DNA of 64,000 bases, taken from assembly GCA_964016885.1 (NCBI GenBank), contig CAXHJY010000050.1, positions 85,902-149,901 of the forward strand. The letters are read 5' to 3'. This DNA is from Eledone cirrhosa (lineage: Eukaryota). The notes beneath the pieces are model-generated. The model did no database searches. It had not been told where the DNA came from and saw only the letters and a program-made list of their open reading frames with translations. A program made the position numbers and the translations under genes. Numbering within the stretch: position 1 is the first letter of the stretch; the number at the start of each line of letters is the position of its first letter. Below, piece by piece: positions 28,270 through 42,864 of this stretch.

Positions 28270-30337
28270 CTTCTTCACTAAAAGACATACCTTTACCTAA
28301 GAATAAGGACTTTCTAAAACAACTCATCGAAAAATAGGACTCGTTTATAAGAAGACTTAGATGGCGTGCTTTTCATTTCGATAAAAAATCTGATACGAAA
28401 GAAAATATTTCCAATCTTGATGGACTCTTCAAATCCAAAAAGAATCCACCTTCCAACAAACTATTAATGGAATTTGAAAATTAGATTATTTCTATCATAC
28501 AAAACATTAAATTTAAGAAAACCAGTTTGTAGGCCAGGATTACCTCAAATGTCTCAAAAATAATATAGAAAACTTTGAAAAAACGGAAAAAATTCTTGTT
28601 AAATCAGATAAATCAACAATCTTTACGGAATGCAAAAGGATAATTAAAATAATCTTATATTGAAGGAATTAAGGAAAAATTACAAAAGAGCAACCAATGA
28701 CGACCTTGAAAGACTAAATACTGAAGCTTCTTATATAATGCAAGAATTAGGCATCGAAAATAGGACTTCATACCTAGGAAACCAAAAATTAATTTAAGGA
28801 CCATAAAAGAAATTTTGAAATTGAATTACCAGTTAGACTGATTGCACCATCTAAATTGGGCCTTGGCATACTTAGCAAGAATATTTTAGATAGAATCATA
28901 CCACAACTTAAGGAAATATCTTATTTAAAATTATGGAAATAATGAAGTTATTGACTGGTTTAAGGACATTAAATATAAACATAACAATAAATTCATTCAA
29001 TTGGATATTGCTAATTATTACTCATCTATCACTCCTAATTTACTTAATAAAGCCCTTACATATGCATTTAAATATACTGATTTAACTAACAATGAAATGC
29101 ACATTATCTTTACTGCACGTAAAACATTAATTAAATTTAGCAACCACCTTTGCAGATAGGGATAACAATTTCGATATCACTATGGGGTCATTGGACTCGG
29201 CGCAATTAACGGATCTTGTGGGTTTTTTTTATTAACAATACTTTACATAGGAAAATACCAGAGATGACCGGTGGTTTATATCGTTACGATATGCTATTGC
29301 TTATTGAAAATAATAATAATTGTGAAATAAATAGAAAAAGAAAAGAAATTATACAATTTTTTAATAGCGTTAATCTTAAAGTAGAAGTAGAGAATAATTA
29401 TAAAATAGTTAATTTTTTAGATGTAACTTTAAACCTTAATACTGGTCTTTATTATCCATTTCATAAAATCAATGAGAATTTAAACTATGTTAACTTTAAT
29501 TCCAATCACCCAGATCCGTTAAAAACACTATTGTAAATTCTGTGCAGCAACGTATTTCTAGAATTTCAGCGAATAAAAATATATTTGAAGATAGGGCACA
29601 ATATTATAACGAAGCGTTAAGTAGAGCAGGCTATAGTAATGAAATTAAATATATTGATAATAAGGATGTGCCAATTAACCATAACTATAAATATAATTAT
29701 AATAGGAAACCTTGCACTAACTCGAAAATCAAAAGAAGAAATAGAACTAGAAATATATTATGGTTCGCTCCCACTTTCTCATTAAGTATTAAAACACCAA
29801 TAGCTAAATTATTTTTTAAAGCTCTAGATAAGTGCTTTCCTAAGACACACAGATATTACTCAATAGACATACTATTAAACTCTCATATTCCACCACTATG
29901 AATTTAGCGCAGAATATTAATAGAATTAATAATAGAAACTTAAAACCTAACCAGAATAGCATTAATACCTCTAGCAATATCCAATATAATGTTACGGCTC
30001 CCAATGATATAAATTCAAATAAATATAATTGTACAAATATAACTAACTGTTCTCTAAATAATAACTGTTTAGTTAAAAATATAGTATACAAGTGTAATGT
30101 CAAAACCAATGAAAATTCCTTTATCTATGTCGGCTCTACTTCCACAGACCTCAAATCTCGTTTCAATAACCATAAATGTTCCTTTACGAATATTGGTAAA
30201 AAATCTTCAACTTCTCTATCCAAAACTTGCTCCCTTTGCGTTGAAGAAATATTCTTTATACTAAAAAGTAAGAACTCTATTAATTTGCGAAATAATTTAT
30301 TTAGTTCTTGTAAACATCGTTTAAACTCAACTTTTAG

Positions 30338-30340
<3 letters not shown>
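28270..30340 (+). pseudogene. Second Penelope-like element (RT + GIY-YIG), near full length but with many stops and frameshifts
   Basis: SLKDIPLPK..FIRRLRWRAFHF; FIQLDIANYYSSI; TMGSLDSAQLTDLVG; GGLYRYD; IVNFLDVTLNL; IVYKCNVKT..IYVGSTS..KSRFNNHK; CSLC; SCKH. Confidence 0.9.
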
Positions 30341-30369
<29 letters not shown>

Positions 30370-30689
30370 ATATATGGTTAATCTCCTTTACATAATGTTT
30401 TCTATATCCAACCACCTACAACCTCATCCTTCAGATTATATCTATATATGATTTATATATATTTAATTTACTTTCTATTATCTCTACCTCATAAATATAC
30501 TTTATATTTATAACCTTTTTTTTATATGACTACTTGAAATTCTTTTAAGGAAAATTTTCCTTGAAAAACTTTATGAAGGTTTTAGAAAATTCTTTGAAAG
30601 ATATAGAAAAACCATTATTTTCATATCTTCCAATATTTTATATCTTCAAACATTTTTAATATATGTATCCAAATATTTATATATATGTG

Positions 30690-30950
30690 GAATAACATAT
30701 GGTTTTTATATATAGGTTTTTATATATATATGTGGAATAACCTATGGTTTATGTTTTAACTATATTCTTAAGATACATTTTTTAAAACTTTAAAACAAGT
30801 ATGACTTCTTATAAAATAACCTATGGTTTATGTTTTAATTATATTCTTAAGATAAATTTATGACTTCTTATAAAATAACATGGTTTATGTTTTAATTATA
30901 TTCTTAAGATAACATTTTAAAACTTTATAACCTCTATGACTTCTCATAAA
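30690..30950. repeat. Local imperfect tandem repeat (ATAACCTATGGTTTATGTTTTAATTATATTCTTAAGATA unit) in the PLE 3' region
   Basis: 3-4 copies visible. Confidence 0.75.
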
Positions 30951-31992
30951 AATAATAAAAAAATCTTTAAAAAAAAAATCTTTTCGAAAAGTTTTTTTAT
31001 GTATCCTTGGAGTCATTTGAGTTCTTAAAAAATCACTTCTAACTTCCTTATACTTCCTTACTGTTTTTATAATATAATTAAGTAGTTATTCCTTTGTAAA
31101 CTCTCGTAAACTTTCATAAATTTAGAATTATTTGGATGTTTAAGTTTTGACTTAAACTATTAATAAATATAATTTTGCCAAACTTACTTTAATCAAATAA
31201 ACTATACTAGATTTTCTCTAATGTAAAATACTATACATTTAAATAATTTATAATCCATAACATACACATCTAAACCAATATATTATTACTAATACATCTT
31301 AATATAATATAAATACTTCTGTTTTAATTTTAATTTTTAATTTTTTAAATTTTTAATATTAATATTAAATTAAATCTCTAATATTAAAGGTAAATTTTAA
31401 TCTTTAATTTTGATTTTTAATTTTTAATTTTAATATAATTTTTCAACCTATCATTATAAATATTATAATCACAACGTAATGAACTCTACATTCTAAATAT
31501 TATTCTTCCACGTTAATCTTATTTCTTCTTTCACTTCTTCTTTCACTTAGATATATTTACGCTATGTATATTTTTCCATTAAAACTTATTTCTTCATTCA
31601 CTCTGTCTATCTCCACTATCACTATGCATAATCGTTCTTTCTTTCCTCTTCTCTCTTTCTCCTTCCATTTCTTTTTTTTCTCTCCCTTACATATCATCTT
31701 CTTCCAACAGTTTAATTTAAATAAACCGTTATCTTTTCAACTTTTCGGACACTCATTTGCATACTCACTCATAACTTTGTATTACTCTCAATAAAATATT
31801 ATCTCCACTATCCAGGAAGCTCCAACCGTTAAGGTTGTCTTTTTTCCGGGTATGTCAATATTTATTTATAAAAAAAATCTGTATTTTATCTGATGAAAGC
31901 GCACCATAATTTGCCTTGGTTGCCCTTCAAATATATATAATAAAATAAATATGGTTTTATAAATATAGTTTCCATTTATTAATATATTGTAT

Positions 31993-32034
<42 letters not shown>

Positions 32035-32142
32035 TAATTTAATATATCTACTAACATAAGAGCACAGATGTACGCCAATGCCAGCAAATACACAGGTTAT
32101 GTCATAGTACCTAGGTGGTTCGATGCAGGAGAATGCAGAACA

Positions 32143-32262
32143 ATAATATAAAAGACGTAAAATAAGAAAATTTTTTAAAATTTTTTTAAATTTAAGTAAG
32201 TAAGTTAATTTTTTTAAAAAAATTTTTAAAAAAATTTTCCTATTTTACGTCTTTTATATATA
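32143..32262. repeat. AT-rich inverted repeat
   Basis: ATATAAAAGACGTAAAATAAGAAAATTTTTT ... AAAAAATTTTCCTATTTTACGTCTTTTATAT. Confidence 0.75.
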
Positions 32263-32293
32263 TATATATATATAACAAAGAAAGTGTGGTAAG

Positions 32294-32367
<74 letters not shown>

Positions 32368-33224
32368 TACATGGTTAGATATTAAACATTTCTAAATATA
32401 AGATATGTTAACACTACCTCCAAATAGTTGAATATTTAGTTTTTCATGCTCAATACAAAAATCCTATTATCTTATTCAAAATTGAACAGAAATAATCACC
32501 TTGTCGTATTTTTATCAATACAGACACGATAAGACCTTTGTATAGAACTAAATATATATGTGACTCCTATCTTCCTACATAAATACGTTTTAAACAAAAG
32601 GATATCTCATTTGAAAGGATTTTCGAACACGCATATGATGTAGTGTAATCGCCGAAATAATGTAGTTATTGCAAAATAAAGCCAAGTATATATTTAAATA
32701 ATGATTAAAATAAAAATATAAAATAACGGATTTTAATGAAACACAATCTAAAATAAAGTTTATATATAAAATATATTATGGATAATTCACTCTATATTAC
32801 AAAATATTTAAGTATTCACCAAAATATTATCTTTCAATCGCCAGACAAAAATTTCATACATGACACGTTGTAGGGCTTTCATCTAATTTAAATTGAAATC
32901 AGATAAGATTTGTAAGAGGCAAATATTTTATATCTTGGAATGAAGAAATTTAATCAAATATACTTCTTCATTCCGTGAGATGTTATTTGTAAGAACTTTA
33001 ACTAAATATAGTTCTTCATTCCTAGATCTAGAATGTTTGCCCCATTAGTTGTTCAAGTAATTGTATAATTAGATGGAATGCAATGATTATTCTAAGTGGG
33101 ATGAAATATCAGGGTAGATAAAGGAGCCAATCCCCAGAAACTTTCCCAGAAAATTATTAGTAAGAGGAAAGAACTTGGCCTTAAATTTTTGGAGCGCCCA
33201 GAAACTAATTAAATTCCAACTTTA

Positions 33225-33515
33225 ATCCACAATTTATTTTGATTGAACTTACCGTGCCATTTAAAAGTAGATTAGAAGAAGCACACGCATTCAAGATCGA
33301 AAAATACGCCAGTTTGTCCAACAGTCTGAGGGAAGCCGACTTCTGAGTCAAAGTTATCGCTATAGAGGTTGGAGCCTGAGGCTTTGTGGGCAAATCTTCC
33401 TACAATTTAATGAAACAACTTTCAGTTTCTGGGAAGACAAGGACCAAAGCTCTAAAGGCAATATCAAAGGCATCAGGGAAGAGTTCCAGCTGGATCTGGT
33501 CGAGGAGGAACAACA
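33225..33515 (+). pseudogene. 3' fragment of a HERO-like non-LTR element (RLE C-terminus)
   Basis: FILIELTVPFKSRLEEAHAFKIEKYASL..VIAIEVGA*GFVG..SSSWIWSRR. Confidence 0.75.
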
Positions 33516-34020
33516 ATGACCCCCATACAACCTGGGAAGCATCGTGTCTGTATTTTAATGCACGCCATTTTTAACTATGAGTCAGTTTTGTAATGTTGGT
33601 GACAGTTTTGTTGAGGTCTAAACGCTCCCATGATTACCATCGTTATTTTTCTAATTCAAGAAACCCTTTAAATATAAGTTTGAAAGCAGAGGCAACAGAA
33701 AGAAGTTCCAGCTAGATAATGTCAACAAAATCTCTATGCAGTTTAAATACATAGGAAGTCTCTTATTTCCGAGTGACTAAATGTCGACAGAAGGGCACAC
33801 AGGAGTTCTGACCTGGTTGCGACCTGGCTCCCTTAAAGTATAAGAAGTTAAGGGCCGAAAAAATCGCTTGAGCGGGGTTTCTTCCCTGAAGAACTTCTGC
33901 CATCCAGTTCTCCTAAGCGTTTTTAATCACTATTGATGTATTTTCTCTCTAAAGTCTTTCCTCAGCATATATCTACCTTCTTCCCTGGCTCAATTATCTA
34001 CATGCATCCATGCATGTATG

Positions 34021-34087
<67 letters not shown>

Positions 34088-35069
34088 TTAACTATCTACA
34101 CAGGTAAAAACTAAACCAAGCCCCCTCTAGGTCTAAAGAGACGGAGAGAAGTGGAGAGAGAGAATGATAGAGATATAGTGAGGAAGACATATAGAGAAAA
34201 AATCGACCCCACCATTTGTCTGGTACTTTATTTAACGATCTCAACAGGATAAGAAGCAAAGTAAACCTCCCTGGGATTTGAACTTAGAAAGTAGAAGGCC
34301 GGAACGAATAACGAAAAAGCATTATATCCGACGCCTTAACGACACTGCCAAATCACCGCCTTGCTTATATAGGCACCATTGTTTAAAAAAGAAATAGGCT
34401 GTAAGTTAAAGAGAGTGAGGACTACTGGATAATTACAATTGTTCAGTCATGCTGCAGAGTTGAGATCAATCCTTCCCGTGAGCAATGTTATGATAACTTC
34501 TCACAACTCGCAATCAATAATTAAGTTCCGTCAGTTCCGAGCTAAAACAAAATCGATATAAATGAATGTTAACAAGCTTAGGAAAAGTGTATATAAGTTC
34601 ATATATAATGCTTTGAGCTAATAACATTGATATTTAACACATGATGAAATCACAGGTGTCAGCAGCATTGAAATAATAACAATCCTAGCAATTTAGCGAG
34701 TTGAATAATAATGAAGATTGCTTATTTCAAAGTAATCGTCGATAATAATTTAACTTACACACTGTTAAAATACATACATATTTTCAAATTGGATGTTGCT
34801 AATCATATGAAAATATAATCTATTGATGCACATCTAATGTTTTTCCTAAAAACAAAGTTAATTTACCAAGTCATAAATTTTATTTGTAATTCACGTAAAG
34901 AATCTCTTTCTGCCTTAATAGATTTTATACGTAAAATAATTTCTAAACAAATGGCAGACATTAGCCATGTGTGGGAATGATAGTTTCTGCTTGAATGCCA
35001 CACAGTAAAAGAATTAATAACAGATATTTACAGTGGAGATCATCATGATAATAGTAAAAATATTTTATC

Positions 35070-35571
35070 GCTAGAGCGTCGGATACCATGCTTTGTGGCA
35101 TAGAGTTTCGGCCGTTTAAGTTCGAATCCCGCCGAGGTTAGCTTTGCCTTTCATCCTTACACCAGTAATGCATTGTGTCGATTTAATCGACTTTCTCATC
35201 TCCTCAAATTGCTGGCCTTGTGCCTATAGTATAACTCAGAGGGTCGGACGCAATGCTTTCTAGCATAGTTACGTCCCTTTATGATTTGAGTTCAAATCCC
35301 GCCGAGGTTAACTTTGCCTTTCATCTTTACGGGGTCGATAAAATAAAGTGCCAGTAATGTACTGAAATAATTGCTGGCCTTGTGTCAAAAGTAGAACAAT
35401 TATTATTATTAGCCATCAGTGAAGACGTGTTATTGGGAACTCCACAACGAAGTGCATTTTCAAGACGCTTCGTTTGTATTAATTGTTATAATTGTTTCTA
35501 CTTTTGCCACAAGGCCAGCTATTACCACAGTGTATTACTGGTACTTTATTTTATCGACCCCGTAAGGATGA
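35070..35571. mobile_element. Three SINE family A copies (35070-35232 +, 35238-35400 +, 35490-35571 -)
   Basis: Homology to 2558-2746. Confidence 0.8.
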
Positions 35572-35865
35572 ATTGTTATAATGTTTTTAAAAAAGGGTTG
35601 TAAGAGTTTCGTTTTTACCCTGTGAAGAGGCGACTTTAAAATATTTGCGCCTTTTGGCCCAAATATTTGGACGATTGAACTACTTTATATTTTATTTTCT
35701 GTGACCGGCTCAGCTACTTAAACATTAATTTCATGGGCAGGCTGTTCTGTTTATGAACAACCAGGACACTAATCTTCGAAACTGACATTGGTCCATCGAT
35801 TTGAATTGATTTTAAATCGTACCGAAACCACAATTTCTCATTTAGATCGTATTTGATATGAATGG

Positions 35866-35958
<93 letters not shown>
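35866..35958. repeat. (CTAT)n microsatellite
   Basis: Direct reading. Confidence 0.95.
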
Positions 35959-35959
<1 letters not shown>

Positions 35960-36249
35960 CGTGGTTGATAGACGGGCATTACTTCGCTCCGGATTTTTTA
36001 CGGATTATTGTTAAAAAAACTGTGAGTTCCTTGTTCAATTTGTTAGTATTGTTTAGTTTAACCCCTTGTCTTGGCCTTCAGACGTTGAGTTAACTAATTT
36101 TCGCCGCTTTTGTGGGCGAAATTTTCATCTCAAAAATCTGTGTAGACTTTCAACCTCGCTCACTGTAGTGAGTGCCACGCCCACTAAGAAAAGTGGTGGA
36201 GGGAAGATAGGAGTACAAAGCTTGCAGCCTTCCACCCTCACCTTATCGA

Positions 36250-37950
36250 AAAAATTGTAAATATTGCAACCACGGAACCAAACCCGGTAAATAATACCAG
36301 CACCAACAACAAGAACAATGACAATAACACCACAACCAACAACTGCAACAATAACAACACCAAGGAAAATATGAACAACATCAACAACAGTGACAACAAC
36401 AACAGCAACAAGAAAGACAACAACACCAAAACAACGTTCGCACAAACTGTAAAAAAACAAAACTATACCCGCCAATTGACATAACTAATGCAAAACAACT
36501 ACTACAAGACGCAAAACAATACGTGACTTTTGGACAAAACGGTGCTTTTAGCATCAATTCTCCGCAGGTATTACGTAGAGAGGCTGTCCTGAAAACCACA
36601 GTTTTCAGGACAATATCTAACGAAACTAGAAAACCAGTTCAATTATCACAAAATGAAATTGAGCTGGTTCTAAAAGATGCAATTAAGGACATAACCTTCA
36701 TCCAAAGAGGAAAACTGTTTGGTAGCATTTCGGTGTTAATGAAAGACCAGCCAACGGCACAAAAATACGCTGTATCACCCATTGTGTTCCCCCGTTTCAC
36801 CTTTTTTCCCACACACGGGAAAAAGGACACAAAAAATAAAATTTATGAGTATCACACCAAATGTAAATATTTGGTGGATACTATGTGGATTCATTGATTT
36901 TGATGAAGACAGGATAATCTCAGTAGGAAAGTCCTCCAGAGGTGTATTTAGTGGGACTAGCGTAGAAGTTCTGGTGCAAATGATCCCAGAACGAATAGCT
37001 AATATCCCACAACGCGTGCCTCTGGACGGGCTAACCTATATAAACATTTCAGTGGAGGGTAGGCGGCCGTGATGTTACCACTGCTTAAGAAGGGGTCACC
37101 CGAGGGCTGCCTGTCCTCAATTAACGAGTCAAAAACAAAAAGGCTCTTCTGCCAACCCCGAACACAACAACACAACCACCACCACCACCACCACCACCAC
37201 CACCACCACCACCACCACCACCACCACCACCACAACAACAACAACCACAACAACACGGAAAAATAACAACACAAGACACTGTCCCACCCAACCCCTCCCC
37301 ACCTAAAACAAATACAAAAGCAACCACAACAAAACCCCAAAATATACCCCTCCCCAACAACACGGAAGAGGACTCCGTATCAACGTCACCCAGTGAGGAC
37401 GAGGGCGAACCCTTTCAACAGGTGAAAAGGAAAAAAAGACGGCACCACATTAACAAAAATGCAACAAACACACAACCACCAGCACAAACAGAATAAACAT
37501 CACAAACAAAAAAACCCACCCCTCCCGAAAACATAACACGTACTACAAAACGCAAACACGCACAAGAACAACGAACAAAAACAAACACAACTCAACAAAA
37601 ACACTATACATACATTAACAAGAACAATAAAACTTTCATGAAAGCAATAGACAATAACCCTTGGGTGGAAACCGAAGGGATCACTTTCACCTACGCACCT
37701 AAAGATGATTAGTGTCCCAATGGATACCTATATAACACTGAAAAAGAACCATCCAATGGATGTGGGGCTCCCTGCACCAAACCACTTAACCGCGTCCTAT
37801 TGAAATGTTTCCCCACCCCCACCTCAGACACACACACCCCACATAACACCCCAACCCCACCACACACTGATGTGCCCCCCCACAAATAAACCCTTCCAAC
37901 ACCCCCATGGAAATTGTGCAGCCAGGTCTCCAGGAGACGAAGAGGTAAGA
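36250..37950 (+). pseudogene. ORF1 (gag-like, CCHC knuckle) of a Tx1/L1-like LINE, disrupted
   Basis: VEGRRP*CYHCLRRGHPRAACP at about 37052-37117; N/T/P-rich low-complexity segments; directly precedes ORF2. Confidence 0.7.
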
Positions 37951-37986
37951 AATTTCCTTTCCTCTTCCTTTTAACTCTTCAGCAAC

Positions 37987-39932
37987 ATGGCCAATATAAG
38001 AGTTGGATGTGTAAATGCACGCGGCCTGGGGATGTCCTGGAACCAGGGCAAACTCTTCAATGACCTCAGGTCGCACAGAGTGGATGTAATGGCTATTTGC
38101 GGTCCAGGATCAGCAGCGTGCACCAACTGGCCTCCATCTTCGGCGACTTTGAGATCTACGCATCTCTCTGTCAGCCGGGGGGTGGGAATAGGGTTGTCGT
38201 TCTGCTGCGAAAACATCTGGGTCTTGCCACACAGAAGGTACACCTGGAACCGGAGGGTCGACTGGTGGTTCTAGACGTCGGCAGTAGTGAAGGTGGAGCC
38301 TTCAGGCTGGTGGTAGCGTATCTGGGACACCGCGACCGGATTTCTTCCGACGCCTAGAGACTTTTCTGTGAACGTCTCGCTCCTTGCTTTTAGTGGAGGA
38401 CTGGAATGGTATCCTGGATGCACGTTGGGACTATGTAGAGGTATGTCCCGATAGAGGGTGTGTAACAGCCTCAAACAGTTAATAGGCCAATTTGATCTGA
38501 CCGATAGATATCGCCTAGATTTTCCGACTGTGCCACTGTGGATGTGGACTAATCGTAACGAAACATCTAGGTCGTATCTCGATAGGTTCCTAGTTAGAAA
38601 TAAAGATAGGGACATATTAAGCTGTCCACGAATGTTCATGGTTAAATATTCGGATCACAAGTTGGTAACCGGAGTGGTCAACCTTGATAGAACCCATAGA
38701 GAAGGACCCGGTTACTGGAAGCTAAACTTGTCCTTACCGACAAACAAAGCTTACAGTAAGCGGATTAGCACTCTAGTTAAGCAGCGGTTGACGGGGGAAA
38801 TTGTCAACAGCAGGTTGTGGGGCTTTCTCAAGAGAGAAATTAGAATAGAATCGATAGGTTTTAGTGAGGAATTAGCATCAGATAGGAAGAGAACTGAAAG
38901 AGAATTGATAGATAGAGTAGAAGAGGCGATTAGGAGTGGCAACGTGGCCGGCATGCTGGCGTCAAGAACGGCTCTAGACCAGTTCTTTGACGCAAAGCAC
39001 GAGGACTGCGTTGTCAGGAGTAAAATACGTGCTCTGGGAAACGAGGGAGCCAAAGCTGTTAGCTGGGCCCGAGTGACAGAGACAAAAAGTGGAAACAAGT
39101 CCACGATTAGGTCTATGAAGGACCAGGATGGACGGGTGATCCTTGAACCTGGGCAAATCTGCGCGGCCTTTCAACGGCGGTTTTCACGACTGTTCGGGAG
39201 GGGCGGCGGGCCGGGTGAGGCCATGGATTCCAGTCCATACCTCGACGGTCTGCCGCGTCTCTCGGACGGAGAGGCGAAGTCATGCGAAAGGCCGTTTTCA
39301 GTCGCTAAAATAGGGGAAGCGCTGAGCCAATGCGGCAAACGCAAATCTCCGGGTCTCGATGGTCTACCATACGTAGTTTATGTAGCGATGCCGGACTTGT
39401 TCTCCGGTCTCCTCGTTGCAACTGTCAACACAACGGGAGAATTCCCAGTTCTGTGACCAAGGGCGTAGTCACACTAGTCAGGGGGATGACATAGATAACT
39501 TCAGGCCCATAACTCTGCTAAACACAGAGTTAAAGATTTTGGCCAAGGTGTTAGCGAAGAGGTTGGCGCTTGTCGTCAGGAACCTGGTGGGAGAAGCGCA
39601 GAAATGCGCAATCCCGTCCAGGTCCATACACGACTACCTCCACCTCATGCGATACATCGTAGAGAGGGTAGGGAACGAACCCGGCTTTGGTGGGGCCCTG
39701 ATCAACTTGGATCAATCTAAGGCGTTCGATAGGGTCGACCATCGGTACCTGGATACGGTGCTCGCGGCCGCAGGCTTCGGACCCGTTTTCAGGGGCTGGA
39801 TTGCTGCAATGCACAGCAGCAACACCTGCTCGAGGGTCAAGGTGAACGGCTACCTCTCGGAGTCGTTCCAAATCACGCGATCCATCCGACAGGGATGCGC
39901 TCTCTCCTCCGTTCTGTATGTGCTGGCTCTAC
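37987..39932 (+). pseudogene. ORF2 (AP endonuclease + partial RT) of a Tx1/L1-like LINE, frameshifted and 3'-truncated
   Basis: VGCVNARGL, SRSYLDRFLV, YSDHKLV, GPGYWKLN, KSPGLDGLP, NFRPITLLNTELKILAKVLAKRL, INLDQSKAFDRVDH, IRQGCALS. Confidence 0.9.
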
Positions 39933-39986
<54 letters not shown>

Positions 39987-39990
39987 GTGT

Positions 39991-40033
<43 letters not shown>

Positions 40034-40052
40034 TGTGTGTGTGTGTGTGTGT

Positions 40053-40152
<100 letters not shown>

Positions 40153-41005
40153 ATGGAACATAGACTAATAGATATAGCTAGAGGGAATGATATTCGATTG
40201 AATAAAAATTCGTGCATTCAGGATTTGTGATTACAAAATCCTGATCAGGATACGGGAAATAAATTTATATGTTTGCTAGAAGACACAAGAGTTAAGTTAG
40301 TTGGTGTAACGCGATTATTGAAGCAGTAATTGTCTGCAGTGAAAAGTACAATAATAAATATATTCGTTTTATAGCAGTCAAACATTATTAAGAACAAAAA
40401 CCGACTACTACGCTCCACCAAAATGTCACGAATAAATAGATTTTATGTTTCTTTATGCTGTTTTGAAACAAAAAAAAAAGACAATCACCGAACCCCAAAC
40501 ACCATAAAAGGTATTTATAAAAATATCACCATAGCAGTTCGTTTCGAATAAGAGATTTAGTTGTTAAAATGTCACGTTACTTACTTTCTACCGATTAATT
40601 ATATCTTGAAGGGATAATCCTTCTTGTTTCAATCATTTATTATTGATTAAAGCGACAATTAGTGATGAAAGGCTCCGAGATATTTTATTTTAGATTATCA
40701 CACCCTATATTTTAATTATCCAATTAGTTGTCGTGACAAACGTCACCATTTCATTTAATATTACAGATACAAGACAATAAAAAAGCGACACAAAACACCA
40801 CGAAATATACATACGTACCCCCCCCCCCTATATATATATATATATATATATATTCAGTAATTATAGAATGTTCGGTTCTTTTGTTATGTTCGCATGACAT
40901 ACATGTATGCATGCATACATACATGCATACACATACACAAACAGATACAAATGCACGTATATGTATATTATATATATATATATATATACATACACATGTC
41001 TCTCA

Positions 41006-41038
<33 letters not shown>

Positions 41039-41109
41039 CATACATGCATACATACACATATATACATACATACACATACAGACATATATATCTGTATATA
41101 TGTGTGTGC

Positions 41110-41161
<52 letters not shown>

Positions 41162-41499
41162 ATATAATTGCTGGTAGGCTGCCATCTAGAAAAAAGTCTA
41201 TGCGATGTCAGTAGGCCACTATCTAACATATTTGATTTTATTCTAACATATCTTCTTTATCTTTTCCTGACTTTCCCTGACTTCCTAAACTCTATCCATT
41301 TATCCTGTTCCACCTTCCTGACTCATATATTTTTTATTTTCTATACCAACTGTAAAATCTAATACTTATCAGTTAGCTGTTCCACATATTGTTAATCAGA
41401 CGATATGTGGTGACTGTCAGCTGATCAATAATTTATATGAATAAGGAATATTTTGTGGTTCCAACACTTCAGACGGATTCGTCACGAAGGAAACAGAGC

Positions 41500-41583
41500 C
41501 AAACTCAGAAGAGCCACTTTTTATCAACTCAGTAACTCAGTATATATATATATATACTGAGTTGATAAAAAGTGGCTCTTCTG

Positions 41584-41588
<5 letters not shown>
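41500..41588. repeat. Short inverted repeat around (TA)n
   Basis: AAACTCAGAAGAGCCACTTTTTATCAACTCAGTA and its reverse complement. Confidence 0.8.
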
Positions 41589-41631
<43 letters not shown>

Positions 41632-41832
41632 TTTATTTTGTTTGACCTGTTTAGCTTGATTTGTTTTTTTGGCTCAGGTGGTTAATGCCTTCTTAACCAC
41701 TTTTTCAGTTTGTATGGCGTTTTAACATATTGATTAGCTCTAGTTTTCTTAACTATTGGAGCCCTTGCCAGCATTTCTACGATTTTGCGTTTCGTTTCGC
41801 TTTTACTACCAGCCGAAATACGATTCTCGGTG

Positions 41833-41915
<83 letters not shown>

Positions 41916-42549
41916 TATACTTTGCGGTGTATATTCTTGCTCTTTACATTCTGGACTCAAATTTGCCTGTCTTACTTTCGGGGGTCGATAAAATAAAATT
42001 ACCAACTTGCATTGATGTCGATAAATTCACTGCTACTATTGGCAGACTTGGATATAAATGGGAAACAATATTAGTAATTTGTTAAACATTGCTCACAAGA
42101 ATCGACTAATGGAATATCTAAGATTATTAAAAAAACTGTTTTTTTTTGAAAATCTTTACCGGTTCGCATCTTATCAACGTTTCTATATCGGGAGGGGCTT
42201 TCCTATCATGTTTTTCGTTAACACTTCATATATATGTTCAGAATACTGTTTGTATCCCGTCTTTGTTTAATCTCGGCGGAGTCATAAGGTCTCAGGCCAT
42301 AATCGTTGTTATATTTTATTAAATGTTGGTATGTGTTTGTATCGTCCGCATGTCACAGGTATAGGTTTCCTTTTTCATACATTTGTAGACAGTAATATAT
42401 ACTATACGAGAGACACACACACTCACAAGAATATGTATATAATGTGTGTGTGTTTTTCTGTGCATCTGTAATGGATATGTGTGCATATGTACATATATAT
42501 AATATGTATGTATGTATCTATCTATCTATTTATCTGTCTGTCTCCCTCT

Positions 42550-42591
<42 letters not shown>

Positions 42592-42791
42592 GTATATGTA
42601 TACGCCTCCCGCCCCCATATATATATATATACACATATATTTGTATACATGTATTTTCGATATACAATAAAAGCATTTAAAAGTGAAACTTGGTCGTATG
42701 AAACATAATGTAAACACTTTGATATAGCATCGAGTTCTCAAAAATATACCACCTTCAGTAATCAATAAATTTACTGAATAACCTAATATAG

Positions 42792-42864
<73 letters not shown>

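Noticed and set aside
31883-31912. CTGATGAAAGCGC downstream of the second PLE as an HHR
   Set aside because: Stem II is absent; at most a deleted remnant.
32380-33180. Possible third, very old PLE remnant
   Set aside because: Only a faint resemblance to RT thumb motifs; not supportable without an HMM search.
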